Shown here in pieces: positions 1 to 12,836 of a stretch of 64,000 nt of DNA. Below the pieces are notes generated by a model. The model was not told the DNA's origin and made no database searches. It saw only the letters and a list, made by a program, of their open reading frames with translations. The stretch comes from Eledone cirrhosa (lineage: Eukaryota): the NCBI GenBank assembly GCA_964016885.1, contig OZ024743.1:116064001-116128000 (forward strand), read 5' to 3'. How positions within the stretch are numbered: the first letter of the stretch is position 1; the number at the start of each line of letters is the position of its first letter. The position numbers and the translations under genes were made by a program.

Positions 1-32
<32 letters not shown>

Positions 33-900
33 TGTGTGTGTGTTATATTGTATTTTATTATATCATCCTGAAACACGTGATCAAGGGATTGTTTGGGGAA
101 GCCGTTACAATGCGACTAGGAAATAATATAGTGGATCTTGAGTAGGATAAATTAAACAAGACAAAACTAAACAATTATTTTACCATATATTTCATCATAT
201 TTCCCGGTTAGAAACTCTTTATTAAAGAAGAGAATATCGTAGTACCCTGTATTTACCAACTGAACATTCCTATGCAACTGAGTTTTAAGTAAATCTGTTT
301 TGTTTTCTTATTTGGTTCACCGTTCTTACTTTACTGTATTATTGTATTTCCCATCAGGATTTTATCAGCTTTTCCAATAAATTCTTCATAAAACTTATCA
401 TACATCATATACTATTGTATTATTTCATATATTTCTATACTATACGATATTTAAAAACTCTCTACACATTTCGTAACTCAAAGTTTAACGTTTCTGATCA
501 CAAAACATGAAGCGCACTCATATTTGTATTTTTTGTTCATCCATCTTGTCAATATTTGCAATGTAGCATGCATTCAAGCGCGCTTACAAAGGACTACTGG
601 CGGTTCTGACGATGGGTATTCCAGTTGTTCAAGATATGTAACAGCCTGATCGAACATTTAGCATGCATTTCTATTCCACAGAAACGTGCACCATCAAATA
701 AGTTCTTATGGATATTTAGTGTGATACAGTGTCACACTGATGGCGCTTTGCTAAAAAGGTACAGAACATGTTTGTCAGATGAATGAACTGGAAAAACCGG
801 ATATAAAGTGTTTCCTCAAAGACCTAAACGTGCCGCTAGAAAAAGTTGACATCGTTATCTCTTGACCATGATACTAAGACCATAATTACTAAGCTACGCG

Positions 901-944
<44 letters not shown>

Positions 945-1127
945 AGCACACAATTACACACAAAATATACTAAATAAGTAGCTAACTATGTAGTCAAATG
1001 TATTTATAACTATTTTAGAGACTTAGAATTTTAGAATTCTCTTCCTTCCAATGCTTGTAATTTTAGAGGCGAAATTCTAGCTATGAAATAACCATAGTGT
1101 TTGGAACTGGTTTACAACACTGTAGAC

Positions 1128-1641
1128 CAGGGTTTCCCAACCTGGGTGATATCGCTCACCGGTGGGCGATTTCAACTATCGGGTTGGCGATGAACGTATT
1201 TTTAGGAAATGGTGGGCGATCTAAAATTTTGGTGAGTGACAAAGGACTTTCGGTAATTAAGTATGTTATTGATCATATAATGCCCGGTATGGTGTAATCA
1301 CAGAGCTCGGATTCGCTAGCTGCGTCGCATCAGGCTCAAGAATCACACTGAAAACTAAACATGGTGAGTTTATTGAATATTTAATACATGTATCATTATT
1401 CAATTGTGTTTCATTGAGAAATATTTAGCAATCAAAAACTTCATTCTTCTGATTCTGAATAACGTTTCAACTCCGAATGGCTATTTTGCAATATTTCATC
1501 TCAATAAATATTTCATTTTTTAAGCAACCGTTCTGAATAATGCTTTATTTTGGCGTCCTTAAAATTACTGCACGGGTGGGCGAAGGGAATTTTTGTGTGT
1601 GGAAAAGTGGGCGATAACGACAAAAAGGTTGGGAACCCCTG
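1128..1641. mobile_element. Non-autonomous hAT (Charlie/Buster-like) MITE, 514 bp
   Basis: 16-bp TIRs CAGGGTTTCCCAACCT / AGGTTGGGAACCCCTG (1 mismatch); perfect 8-bp TSD CTGTAGAC at 1120-1127 and 1642-1649. Confidence 0.9.
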
Positions 1642-1885
1642 CTGTAGACTAATTACGCATATATATATATATATAGGTAAGTTATTCCGGATTGAATCGG
1701 AGGTAACCACAGTAAGTATATATATATATGTTGATTTAAAACTGAACTATCCACAAGTGTTTTTTAACCTTCATATCATGTCTTCATGTTTTATCCGATG
1801 AAAACACAAATATTATTGCATGATGATATTTGTTTTTGAAATGCGCATAATAAAATACATGGAACTCTTTTAACCATCTTTTGTT

Positions 1886-1973
<88 letters not shown>

Positions 1974-1975
1974 TT

Positions 1976-2015
<40 letters not shown>

Positions 2016-2073
2016 TAAAAAAATAATGAATAAAACTATGAAACAGTTCCTTATATTAAACAAAAAAAGTTCA

Positions 2074-2220
2074 TTATTTAACGATCGTTTCTAGGATATA
2101 TATGTGTTAGAATTGGCATGCATATTCAACAGATCTATGTACAAAATTATACAAAATTATACAAACTATCAAAATTAAATATACATACCCAACACATATA
2201 TATGCCGTCTTCAGAAATAA
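2074..2220 (-). ncRNA. Candidate type I hammerhead ribozyme with extended stem II
   Basis: Minus strand: TTATTT CTGAAGA [~17-bp stem, ~75-nt loop] GAAA CGATCG TT AAATAA. Confidence 0.5.
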
Positions 2221-2397
2221 TATATATATATATATATAATTGTTTTAGAACGTATGTTAGCTGATTGTCAGTGTTGAATGTTTTCAGCGCAATCAACGAA
2301 ATATGAAGTACTCAGGCGTTATCACTCCACTTCAAGTATACCGATCACTCGCTTTCTTCTCTGTACATATAAGTATATATATATATATATGAGTGTG

Positions 2398-2479
<82 letters not shown>

Positions 2480-3094
2480 TATGAATACAATTAGAGCGAG
2501 AAGACGTCATCAGTGATCTTCCAGCCGTCATTGGTATTTCTTCGCATTAAAGACCATATACCTCTGGCTGGTGCGAGCAATAACTAAAAAAAGTTATTGG
2601 GACACGTAGAATAGGGTGAAGCAAGCGAGACTTGTAAACACACAGAGATGGTAATGCAACGGAATGAGAGGAAGAGGGAAAACAAGTCCGTGATACCTGT
2701 GAAACTAAGTTCGATCAGATCATGGACGAGGAGATCACTCTAATTTTATTCATATGTATCCCATTTGCAACAACGCAGCACGTCATTTTTCACTCACGTA
2801 TACTCACTCACAGACATATATGTATATAAATATATATTTTTTTATCTAAAGACATTTTTTCCAATTACATTCCGCCCGTCCCCTCAATCTATCTTATTCC
2901 TGATTCTTTCTTCTGATAAAGGACTAGCGTCCGAAACGTTAATACCCTCTTCATGCTATATCAAGCGTTAACCTAATATATCCCTTTCATATACTGTACT
3001 GATTGAGTTGTTATTTCCGTGTACCTTTTACATATATACATCTATATATATATATATATAATTATATATATATATATATATATATATACGTATA

Positions 3095-3167
<73 letters not shown>

Positions 3168-3178
3168 GTATATATATG

Positions 3179-3299
<121 letters not shown>

Positions 3300-3387
3300 G
3301 TATATGTGTGTGTATATATATGTATATATCTATATATCTATATATATATATAATATATAAGAACAAAAGATGGTTAAAGGAGCTCCA

Positions 3388-3460
3388 TGTATTTTATTAT
3401 GCGCATTTCAAAAACAAATATCATCATGCAATAATATTTGTGTTTTCATCAGATAAAACA
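3388..3460 (-). ncRNA. Type I hammerhead ribozyme motif
   Basis: Minus strand: TGTTTTAT CTGATGA [long stem II] GAAA TGCGCA TA ATAAAATACA; same family as 1727-1890 and 3636-3963. Confidence 0.7.
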
Positions 3461-3496
3461 ATATATTATTGTACTACAATAAAACTCACCTCCTAC

Positions 3497-3548
<52 letters not shown>

Positions 3549-3635
3549 GGAGGTGAGTTTTATTGTAGTACAATAAAGCAATGCAGATATCGGATAAGAA
3601 GCACTCTACAATGTGTAGGACTGGAGTATACATAA

Positions 3636-3959
3636 TATAAGATCAAAAGATGGTTAAATGAGTTCCATGTATTTTATTATGCGCATTTCAAAAACAAACA
3701 TCATCATGCAATAATATTTGTGTTTTCATCAGATAAGACAGGAGAACATGATATGAAGGCTAAAAAACACTTGTGGATAGTGCAGTTTTAAATCAACATA
3801 TGTTGATTTAAAACTGCACTATCCACAAGTGTTTTTTAGCCTTCATATCATGTTCTCCTGTCTTATCTGATGAAAACACAAATATTATTGCATGATGATC
3901 TTTGTTTTTGAAATGCGCATAATAAAATACATGGAACTCCTTTAACCATCTTTTGATCT

Positions 3960-3963
<4 letters not shown>
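3636..3963. repeat. Near-perfect ~330-bp palindrome with one hammerhead motif per arm (Penelope-like inverted terminus)
   Basis: Arms reverse-complementary around CATATG at 3797-3802; plus-arm motif 3859-3931 (CTGATGA at 3867, GAAA at 3910); single-arm copies at 1727-1890 and 3358-3460. Confidence 0.85.
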
Positions 3964-4031
<68 letters not shown>

Positions 4032-4103
4032 GTATACATGTATATATATATATATACATATATATATTTATATATATGAATATATATATATATATATATA
4101 CAG

Positions 4104-4242
<139 letters not shown>

Positions 4243-4381
4243 AGTAGGAGTGGTATAATGAAATAAATATATAAACACAATAAAAAGGAATAGTTTCATA
4301 AATGTGAAATGTGTGATGCACGCAATTATTAGATGAGTGGTAAAGATAAAAATGAAGGATGGATATATAGAGGGTGGTTAC

Positions 4382-4459
<78 letters not shown>

Positions 4460-4892
4460 GAGACTAACAATATGAGAAAAGAAGAAGAGATATATACCTA
4501 GAAATAGACAAACAACTTCTACACCTAACCAAGACACGGACGCATTTTAAATATTTATGTTTCTCAATAACCAAATTTTGTGATAATTTTTCTAGTTCGG
4601 AATATTACACAGTTATTCATGCTCGTTAATAATTATTATTCAACAAAATCATATATAGATACGAATATTTGTTTTTCTAGTTATTTAGATATATTAGTAT
4701 GTGCTTCCAGGTTTGTGTTCTCTTTTTGACACTTAAGTTTTAAATATTTTTATTGGTGATCTTATTATTGATAATGTGTTTAGTATTTAAACAAAATTCT
4801 CCATCTGGTTAATAAATAAATTCTACTGATCTCTAGATACATATACATATACACACATTTATATATATTTTTTTTCTAGTCGATCGACTTTC

Positions 4893-5094
4893 GTCAAATC
4901 GGACCGAGGAAACTATGTTTCCGTTGGTCTTTCCAATTGCTAATACTATCTATCGGTCGCAACTCCAGGTAGAAGGAGCAACGTGAAATAAAGTGTCTTG
5001 CTCAAGGACATAACGCATCGCCTGGTTCAGGAATCGAACTCACAACCTCACGATTGTGAATCCAATACTCTAACCACTCAGCCACACGCCTTCA
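4893..5094 (-). mobile_element. tRNA-derived SINE with CORE-like central domain
   Basis: Minus strand: A box TGGCTGAGTGG, B box GAGTTCGATTCC, then TGTCCTTGAGCAAGACACTT; second copy at 56758-56955. Confidence 0.75.
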
Positions 5095-5095
5095 C

Positions 5096-5123
<28 letters not shown>

Positions 5124-5126
<3 letters not shown>

Positions 5127-5339
5127 GGAATGAGTAGGACCCGGACGGCTGAGCTCAAGCCATTTCGAATGGCTAATTCTGGACGCAATTAGCCGTCGAA
5201 AGAGTCCAGAATTAGCCGTAGAAACGGCTTGAGCTCAGCCGTCGGGGTCCTACTCATACCTATTACCCACTCTACTACCCTAAGTATTGAGTACTTTGGT
5301 GCGTTATGGTCCACCTGGTTCCTTACCACATTTCCTTCG

Positions 5340-5340
<1 letters not shown>
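5124..5340. repeat. TA-flanked fold-back repeat (hairpin plus shared tail)
   Basis: Inverted arms 5124-5262; related copies at 10092-10280 and tail only at 46649-46726 (TACCCACTCTAC...GTATTGAGTAC...). Confidence 0.7.
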
Positions 5341-5415
<75 letters not shown>

Positions 5416-5582
5416 AAGCAGAACATTGCTAATTGTGATCCAGTTCTTGGTTAAGAAAGCCAGTTTCATGGATGGTTTCAACGTACGGTTAGGGGTGACT
5501 CCACAAGTTTGTAAGAATTCCGTTCAATCTTGGAGTATAAAGTATAAAAGAAAAACACAGGTAAGCATGACTCATTACTTCG

Positions 5583-5643
5583 TATTTTATCTGATGAATG
5601 TGTACCAAAATGTTGGCACCCTTGAAATATATATAATAGAATA
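5583..5643 (+). ncRNA. Type I hammerhead ribozyme motif
   Basis: TATTTTAT CTGATGA [imperfect stem II] GAAA TATATA TA ATAGAATA. Confidence 0.6.
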
Positions 5644-5699
5644 ACTATGATTTCATAAATATAATTTCCATTTATTTAATATCATTGTATAGATATACA

Positions 5700-7440
5700 T
5701 GGAAAACATTAAATATCATTTCTCACTCTTAGTACGACATATACTTAAATATAAGTATGTATACGTACATACATATGTGTATACAGACGTACAGTAGTAT
5801 GTATATACATACATACATGAACACATATATATATATGTACGTATGGGTTTACCGAACATTTATTATAATGTTCGGTTTGTTTGTAAACAAACAGCCTGAA
5901 TTAATCCGTACAATGTTCGGCAACCATATTTGCCGTTCTGTTTAACACTGACAAAGGAACGATGAACTAGTTTCTAGCTTCTTAGCTGTCATCAGCACCG
6001 TCTACCTTCCTGTCAATCGATTGAACATTTGAAAGTATATACTTTCCTCATACATATTAACGGCTGAGCAGCCTAATTTGCATATCGAGTGAGTTAGTCG
6101 GCCGGGCGTACCGAAAACGATAAATGGAAAAATAAAATGTCATTGCTCACACTTAGTACGGCTGATACTTAAACATAAGTATGTATAAGTGCATACATAT
6201 ATGTATGCAGACATACACTAGTATGTATATACATACATACATACATGCACACATATATATATGTACGTATGGGTTTACCGATCATTTATTATAATGTTCG
6301 ATTTGTTTGTAAATAAACAGCCCGAATTAAGCCGTACAGTGTTGGCCAACCATCATGGCCCTTTTGTTCAACACTGACAAAGGAACGATGAAGTAGTTTC
6401 TAGCTTCTTAGCTGTCACCGGTACTGTATACCTTCCTGTTAATCTATTGAACGTTTGAAATTATATACTTTCCTTATGCATATTAACGACTGAGCAGCCT
6501 GATTTGCATATCGAGTGAGTTGCATATATATATTTATGTACGTATACATATATGTATGTACGTATACGTACTTATATTTATGTATCAGCCGTACTAAGAG
6601 TGAGAAATGAAATTTCATTTTTTCCATTTATCGTATACGGTACGCCCGGCTGACTAACTCACTCGATATGCAAATTAGGCTGCTCAGCCGTTAATATGCA
6701 TGAGGACAGTCTATACTTTCAAACGTTCAATCGGTTGACAGGAAATTATACGGTACTGATGGCAGCTAAGAAGCTAGAAACTACTTCATCGTTCCTTTGT
6801 CAGTGTTGAACAAAAGGGCAATCGATGGTTGCCGAACACTGTACTGCTTAATACAGGCTGTTTGTTTACAAACAAACCGAACAGTGTAATAAATGTTCGC
6901 GAAACCCATACGTACATATATATATATATATGTGTGCGTGTATGTATGTATATACATACTACTGTACGTCTGTATACATATATGTATGTACGTATACATA
7001 CTTATAATTAAGTATCAGCCTTCCTAAGAGTGAAAAATGAAATTTCATTTTTTCCATTTACCATTTTTGGTGCGCCCGGCCGACCAACTCACTCGATATG
7101 CAAATTAGGCTGCTCAGCCGTTAATATACACAAGGAAAGTATATACTTTCAAACGTTCAATCGATTGGCAGGAACTTTAACAGTGCTGATGACAACTAAG
7201 AAGCTAGAAACTAGTTCATCGTTCCTTTGTCAGTGTTAAACAGAACGGCAAATATGGTTGCCGAACATTGTACGGATTAATTCAGGCTGTTTGTTTACAA
7301 ACAAACCGAACATTATAATAAATGTTCGGTAAACCCATACGTACATATATATATATATATATATATGTGTGCATGTATGTATGTATATACATACTACTGT
7401 ACGTCTGTATACATATATCTATGCATGTATACTTACTTAT
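5700..7440. repeat. ~425-bp tandem repeat arranged as a large inverted repeat, one hammerhead motif per unit (retrozyme-like)
   Basis: Units start ~5700 and ~6125; inverted units from ~6525 to 7440; motif CGGTG CTGATGA CAGCT AAGA AGCTA GAAA CTAG TT CATCG at 5960-6000(-), with variants at 6386-6425(-), 6751-6791(+) and 7181-7221(+). Confidence 0.85.
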
Positions 7441-8025
7441 ATGTATATATATGTCAGGTCACCAGTTGGTGCCGCTGGTAACATGTATCCCAATACAACC
7501 TGTCCCATGGTCTGGTCGTTGGCGACTAAACTGGCAACCTCACCAATGTTTCTTGCTGAGGAGGGTGATTTTGGACATCTGCAGGACTAAAAACAAAACC
7601 TGTCAAAGGGCCTAATCACCGGGAGAGATGACCCCTTAGCCTTTGTCAAGGCAGAATTCTAGGAGAAGGAAAACTCTGATATAACACCTGCAACTCTGAT
7701 GGTATCCAATGATGTTGCCTTGTTCTTCTTTTTGGTAAATATCATCTTGGTTAAGAGAGTGGGACTGGCTTTGTGCAGTGCCTTTGTTCACTATAAAAGC
7801 TTCACAGCACAGGCATTGCTTTATATCTGGAGATCTCTCTGCACTTGTCGTCACAGAGTACAATGGGCCCAGTACTATGTGTCAATAATTGTCACAAGTG
7901 TAGTGTTTGTACCAGAGTTTTCAAGTAGCTGCTGGACTAAAAGTCACACTCGTTCAGCGCATCGGTAGGGGTCCTCCTACATGGATATAAAGTAGTGGCC
8001 GTACTCGAAAACGAACTGGCAGCCA

Positions 8026-8062
<37 letters not shown>

Positions 8063-8369
8063 TGTGTGTATGTATGTTTACTGATACTGATTTTTGATGT
8101 TACATAACTTAGTATTTCGAGATATAGAGATTTATTAAATAACAGACTTTTGAAATGTCGGTATTGCCATCGACACAATTGATTAAATCTATTGAAACGA
8201 TCCATATAACGATTGATTCCAGAACTAGGTATTTCACTATCGCTCACACATAACTGAAACACTGCGTATAAAATACAGAAATGGCTGCAACGAAGGCCTC
8301 GCTACAATATTAAATTTCTGCAGAAGAAATAATTCATTCTAGCATTGGCTCAACACCAGCTATTTGTGG

Positions 8370-8480
8370 GAAGTTAAAGTCGATACTTTTGACCCCAGTA
8401 TGTCACTGGCATTTTAGTTTATCAACCCTGGAATGATGAAAGGTGGCGGTGACGTCGGTAGAATTTGAACACTGAACGTG
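8370..8480 (-). mobile_element. Degenerate Meta-domain-like SINE fragment
   Basis: Diverged match to the SINE copies at 54469 and 59755 (TTTATCAACCCTGGAATGATGAAAGG...GAATTTGAAC). Confidence 0.55.
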
Positions 8481-9406
8481 ATTCCTAAAAAATTAGTACA
8501 AATGTAAACATGAAAACAAACACGAATAAGTCTAAGAATCCACCTCTATGTGAATGAAACATCAATACTTGCACTACCAAAAGTACTGCGATGAAGTATT
8601 GATTCGGTGATAGACAGATACAAACACTTCCTCTGGTGGTATAGAGAGATCCTTTACATAGATCCTTACAGCTAATCCATGTAAAAAAATGACATGTTCA
8701 ATACTTTTCATCTTTTCGTTATCTGGAATACAGAAACACTAATCTATTAGCTGTTTTGACATCAATGTGATTTACCTATATTCTGGATACCTTAAAAAAA
8801 TATTTGGAGCGTTCAACAGAAAATGAAAAAAGAAACCATAACATTAGTTATTTAAAGAACTACACGATATAACAATTGGTCCAATATATTTTAAATTAAC
8901 CTCCTGAAAAAGGACGATATACTATAAGCTAACTATTTTGAACCGGTCCCAAAATGCGGACACAAAGATCAGTATCTCTAATTTCAAATACAGTCGAATT
9001 GTATAACACTGTATGTATATATGTCGATCATCAACAAATACCTATTTTAAAGAATATTATATATCAGTATTTTACAAAAATAAAAGTCACTCACTTAATG
9101 TAATGATGTTAAAATCCACTAATAGAATATTCATAAGTTTTTCTTCCTATATCATTGTATTTATATGTATTATGGATTATATATAACAAGTTCATTACAT
9201 ATATGTACTATATGTGCCCCCTTTTGTTACTTTACACAGACAGACTGACACACACACACACACACACACACATAATTTTTCTTTTTAAATTCGCTAGCTG
9301 TTTCTAAACATAGCCTGCTTTGTGTCTCCTTATTTATATACATATGTATATGTATAAATAGGGAGACACAAAGAGGCTTTGTTTAGAAAGGGTTAGCGAA
9401 TTTGAA

Positions 9407-9675
9407 AATTAAGTAATAATATTTGCTTACGCCGTATTTGACTAAATATAATTAGTCTGTTAGTTGGGATTTAGTACATAGGACATGAACCCACATCTTT
9501 GATATGGGGTGGCGTGTAATGGTAACACATTGGCCTGGCAAGCTGAAGATGTGGGTTCGTGTCCCATGTACGTCAATACTCATCATCTTTTCCATTCAGA
9601 GTGTGTTTTTAAATCCCAACAAAGCGACTAATTCTATTTAGTCAAATACGGCGTAAACGCATGTTACTACCTAAT
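9407..9675 (+). mobile_element. Fold-back element containing a tRNA(Ala, GGC)-like head
   Basis: 9503-9575 has D-arm GTGT/ACAC, anticodon arm TTGGC-CTGGCAA-GCTGA and T-arm GTGGG-TTCGTGT-CCCAT; acceptor stem broken; left arm is a partial reverse complement of the right. Confidence 0.6.
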
Positions 9676-9909
9676 ATGTGTATGTATATATATATATATA
9701 TATTCGAATGTAAGGTTTTTTTTCAAATAGGTCTCACATGGGTAAAGATATACAATTCGGCATAGCCACACATTTCTCCATCTCTCTTGACCTTTGAAAA
9801 TCATGCAATCTGTGAAACCGTGAAAGTCATAAATTATAATGAATAAACCTTCTGAAAGAACTCTATTGCATTGTCAACTTTTTTTCCCATATATATATAT
9901 ATATATATA

Positions 9910-9950
<41 letters not shown>

Positions 9951-10366
9951 CATACTTATATAGGTGGAATCGGTTGGGGTTCAACCCTGTCCAGTGGGGA
10001 GACTTGTAATCTCAGTCGCTTCACGGCATGGAACAGGGATAAGACAGACTTTAGACTCGTATATATATATAAAATATATATATATATATATATAGGAACA
10101 AGTAGGACCCCGACAGCTGACCTCAATCCGACGGCTAATTCTATACTAAATGAAAATTTAGCCGTCGAAACGGCTTGAGCTCAGCCGTCGGGGTCCTACT
10201 TGTTCCTTTTACCCACTCTACTACCCTAAGTACTGAGTACTTTGGTGCGTTATGGTCCATCTAGTTCCTTACCACATCTCCTTCCACAGACCTTCCACAG
10301 ACCCTCCATCTCAACTCTACTTTTTTTAAAAATAAGACTCCAGTTGCATTTTCGATTTCATCTTTT

Positions 10367-10412
<46 letters not shown>

Positions 10413-10419
<7 letters not shown>

Positions 10420-10556
10420 TAAAATAACAGATTCTAGTTTAAGCAAAGAATCGCTGCTTTCACCCTTAACGGGATCTTCTGAGTTTCAGAAGATTTAGTT
10501 AAGGGTGAAAGCAGCGATTCTTTGCTTAAACTTTCATCTGTTATTTTAATAAATAT
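10413..10556. repeat. Palindrome with variant hammerhead motif (CAGAAGA core) in each arm
   Basis: Inverted arms centred ~10483; related single arms at 60686-60760 and ~54995-55065. Confidence 0.7.
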
Positions 10557-10639
10557 TTGCTCTTCGGTTCTTATATATCTGATATACATTTATCCTTATC
10601 GAGCCCTCTTTGGATTTTAGTCTTCAAATTAATTATTAT

Positions 10640-10684
<45 letters not shown>

Positions 10685-11887
10685 TATATATACATAAGTA
10701 CTGTTAAAGTTACATATTTTTTTATAGTTTTCATTCCTACTGTTTATATACTAAATAGTTATACTTTATCTTTCTAAATTTTTTATTATTTGGTGTACGT
10801 GAATTTCCCATTGCATGTATGGGATTTCGTCAACGAAAATGTCGATATCTTTTCGAATACGTTAGGTTTTATTAATACCTACAAATATATAACCACATGA
10901 ATTTGCTATATACTTGATGAATTCTTTCATAAAGGCAGTGTGAGTCGTTAACTAGATCTGCTATATTTATTTCCTGAGAATTATTTCATTCAGGACATCC
11001 AGAATGTGATTCAATATTCATTTATGAAAATGTTCAAAAATACTAACAGAACCTAAAATAAAATTTCTTCTTACCTGTTTTAAATACTATTTTCCTCCCG
11101 AAATATAAATATTGTACTAATTTACATAATTACTCCAAATAAATTGTGTTATAAACGTTAACTTTTTCCGATGTCTATTGAAGTGCTTCGGGGTATATAA
11201 CACTGTTACTTTTTCTCTCTATTGCTAAGAACACATTTCAGAAAACACCATACTGTGTATTATTCAATTACAATTTAATCCATATAATTGAACACTATGA
11301 ATATATGAAGCGATAGGACATTTCTGCTAAGATCTTTTTTTCTGTTAAAAGGACTGGTACGTTTTTCACGCTTATTTTAATTCCTCCCTAAGTGACATAA
11401 TTTTTTTCAAATTTGTTTTGTACGTTCTGAAGAGGAGGTCAGGATATGATTTGCTCTTAATAAAACCTGGACCTATCGAATCATATATTAATAGTGTTCA
11501 ATATTATGGATTAAATTGTGATTTTGTCCTCTGAAACAATTGTAAGCAAGTAAACACTTTTTCAAGAATGGATGTATAGTACATTTGGCAATATACTGTA
11601 TGTTTAACTAAAAACATTTAGAAGACCATACGCTATCAGATCTAAAGTAGTGACTATGTCACTTACTTATTTTCGGCTTTGGTTTTATTTTCTCCTACTA
11701 TTATTTTGATATTTACGCTCTGATTATATATTTATTGCTTAGCTTGTACTTATTTCGCACGCTCTCGCTGTATACTTGTCCAGCATCATATATGCTAAGA
11801 GAACACTGCCATGCTTGCTATTACTTATTATTCTCACAAACTAATCTCTACTCTCTCCTTCTCGATTACATTGTACACATAAATTTG

Positions 11888-11972
<85 letters not shown>

Positions 11973-12528
11973 CGTGTGTGTGTGTGTGTGTGTGAGTGTG
12001 TGTGTGTGCGTGTGTGTGTGTGTGTGCGTCTAGGTGTGTGCGTGGGAGTGTGTGTGCGTGTGTATCTGTGTGTTTATGTATGTGTGTGTGTGTCTCTCTG
12101 CGTGTTTGTGTCAGTCTGACTGTCTGTCTCTAGTATCAATAGAAAATTCACACAGTTACATAAGACCATCGACAGCTGCGTCTTTAAATAATCAGCCATC
12201 TCGCAGGGTGTGCAGTCTAGCGGATTTAGGTGTTACTTATAAACAATATGTTGATAAGATGCATGTCAGACGATAACAAACAAGGAAATGACAGGAAAAT
12301 TTAAGGATGTCTCTGGACAAACAGTGATAATTTTTTATGTCAAAACTTTACCTCAAGGAATAAACATACTTTATAATGTACAACAAAATAACACTAAGGG
12401 GAATAGGGAAATACGCATTTTATCGCGTAGATATGATCGGGTTACAAAGCTGAAGAAAAAAGGCTCTGTGGCATTCCATGTCTGAAAACAAAAGGTCGAT
12501 GGATTGACCAGACAGGAAATAGTCAAGC

Positions 12529-12582
<54 letters not shown>

Positions 12583-12836
12583 TAATAATAATGCTGTCTT
12601 TATTAACCACAAGGGTTTACATAAAGTAGACATTAACGACAGTACAGGACAATACAGGAGGGTACAAATGGGCATTTCTGCGTGTAAAAAAACAGAGGAT
12701 GTAATAAAAATAACAATGAAAAATTCCTCAATAGAGGGGAGACTTCCGAAAGACATTTGTGGAGAAAGCCCATTAAAAGGCCACAGTGACCCTGACCACC
12801 AGGGCAAGTGCCCTCTCCCAGTTTTCCACCTTTAAT

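Noticed and set aside
7453-8027. TA-flanked island with a possible decayed GIY-YIG-like stretch (minus strand) and RTE-like 5'UTR motifs
   Set aside because: Similarity too weak to call by eye; needs a profile search
8540-9050. Possible decayed RT-related coding remnant
   Set aside because: Only a GYPEY-like word seen; no continuous frame
9503-9575. Functional tRNA-Ala gene
   Set aside because: Acceptor stem does not pair and it is embedded in a fold-back repeat; treated as a SINE-like head
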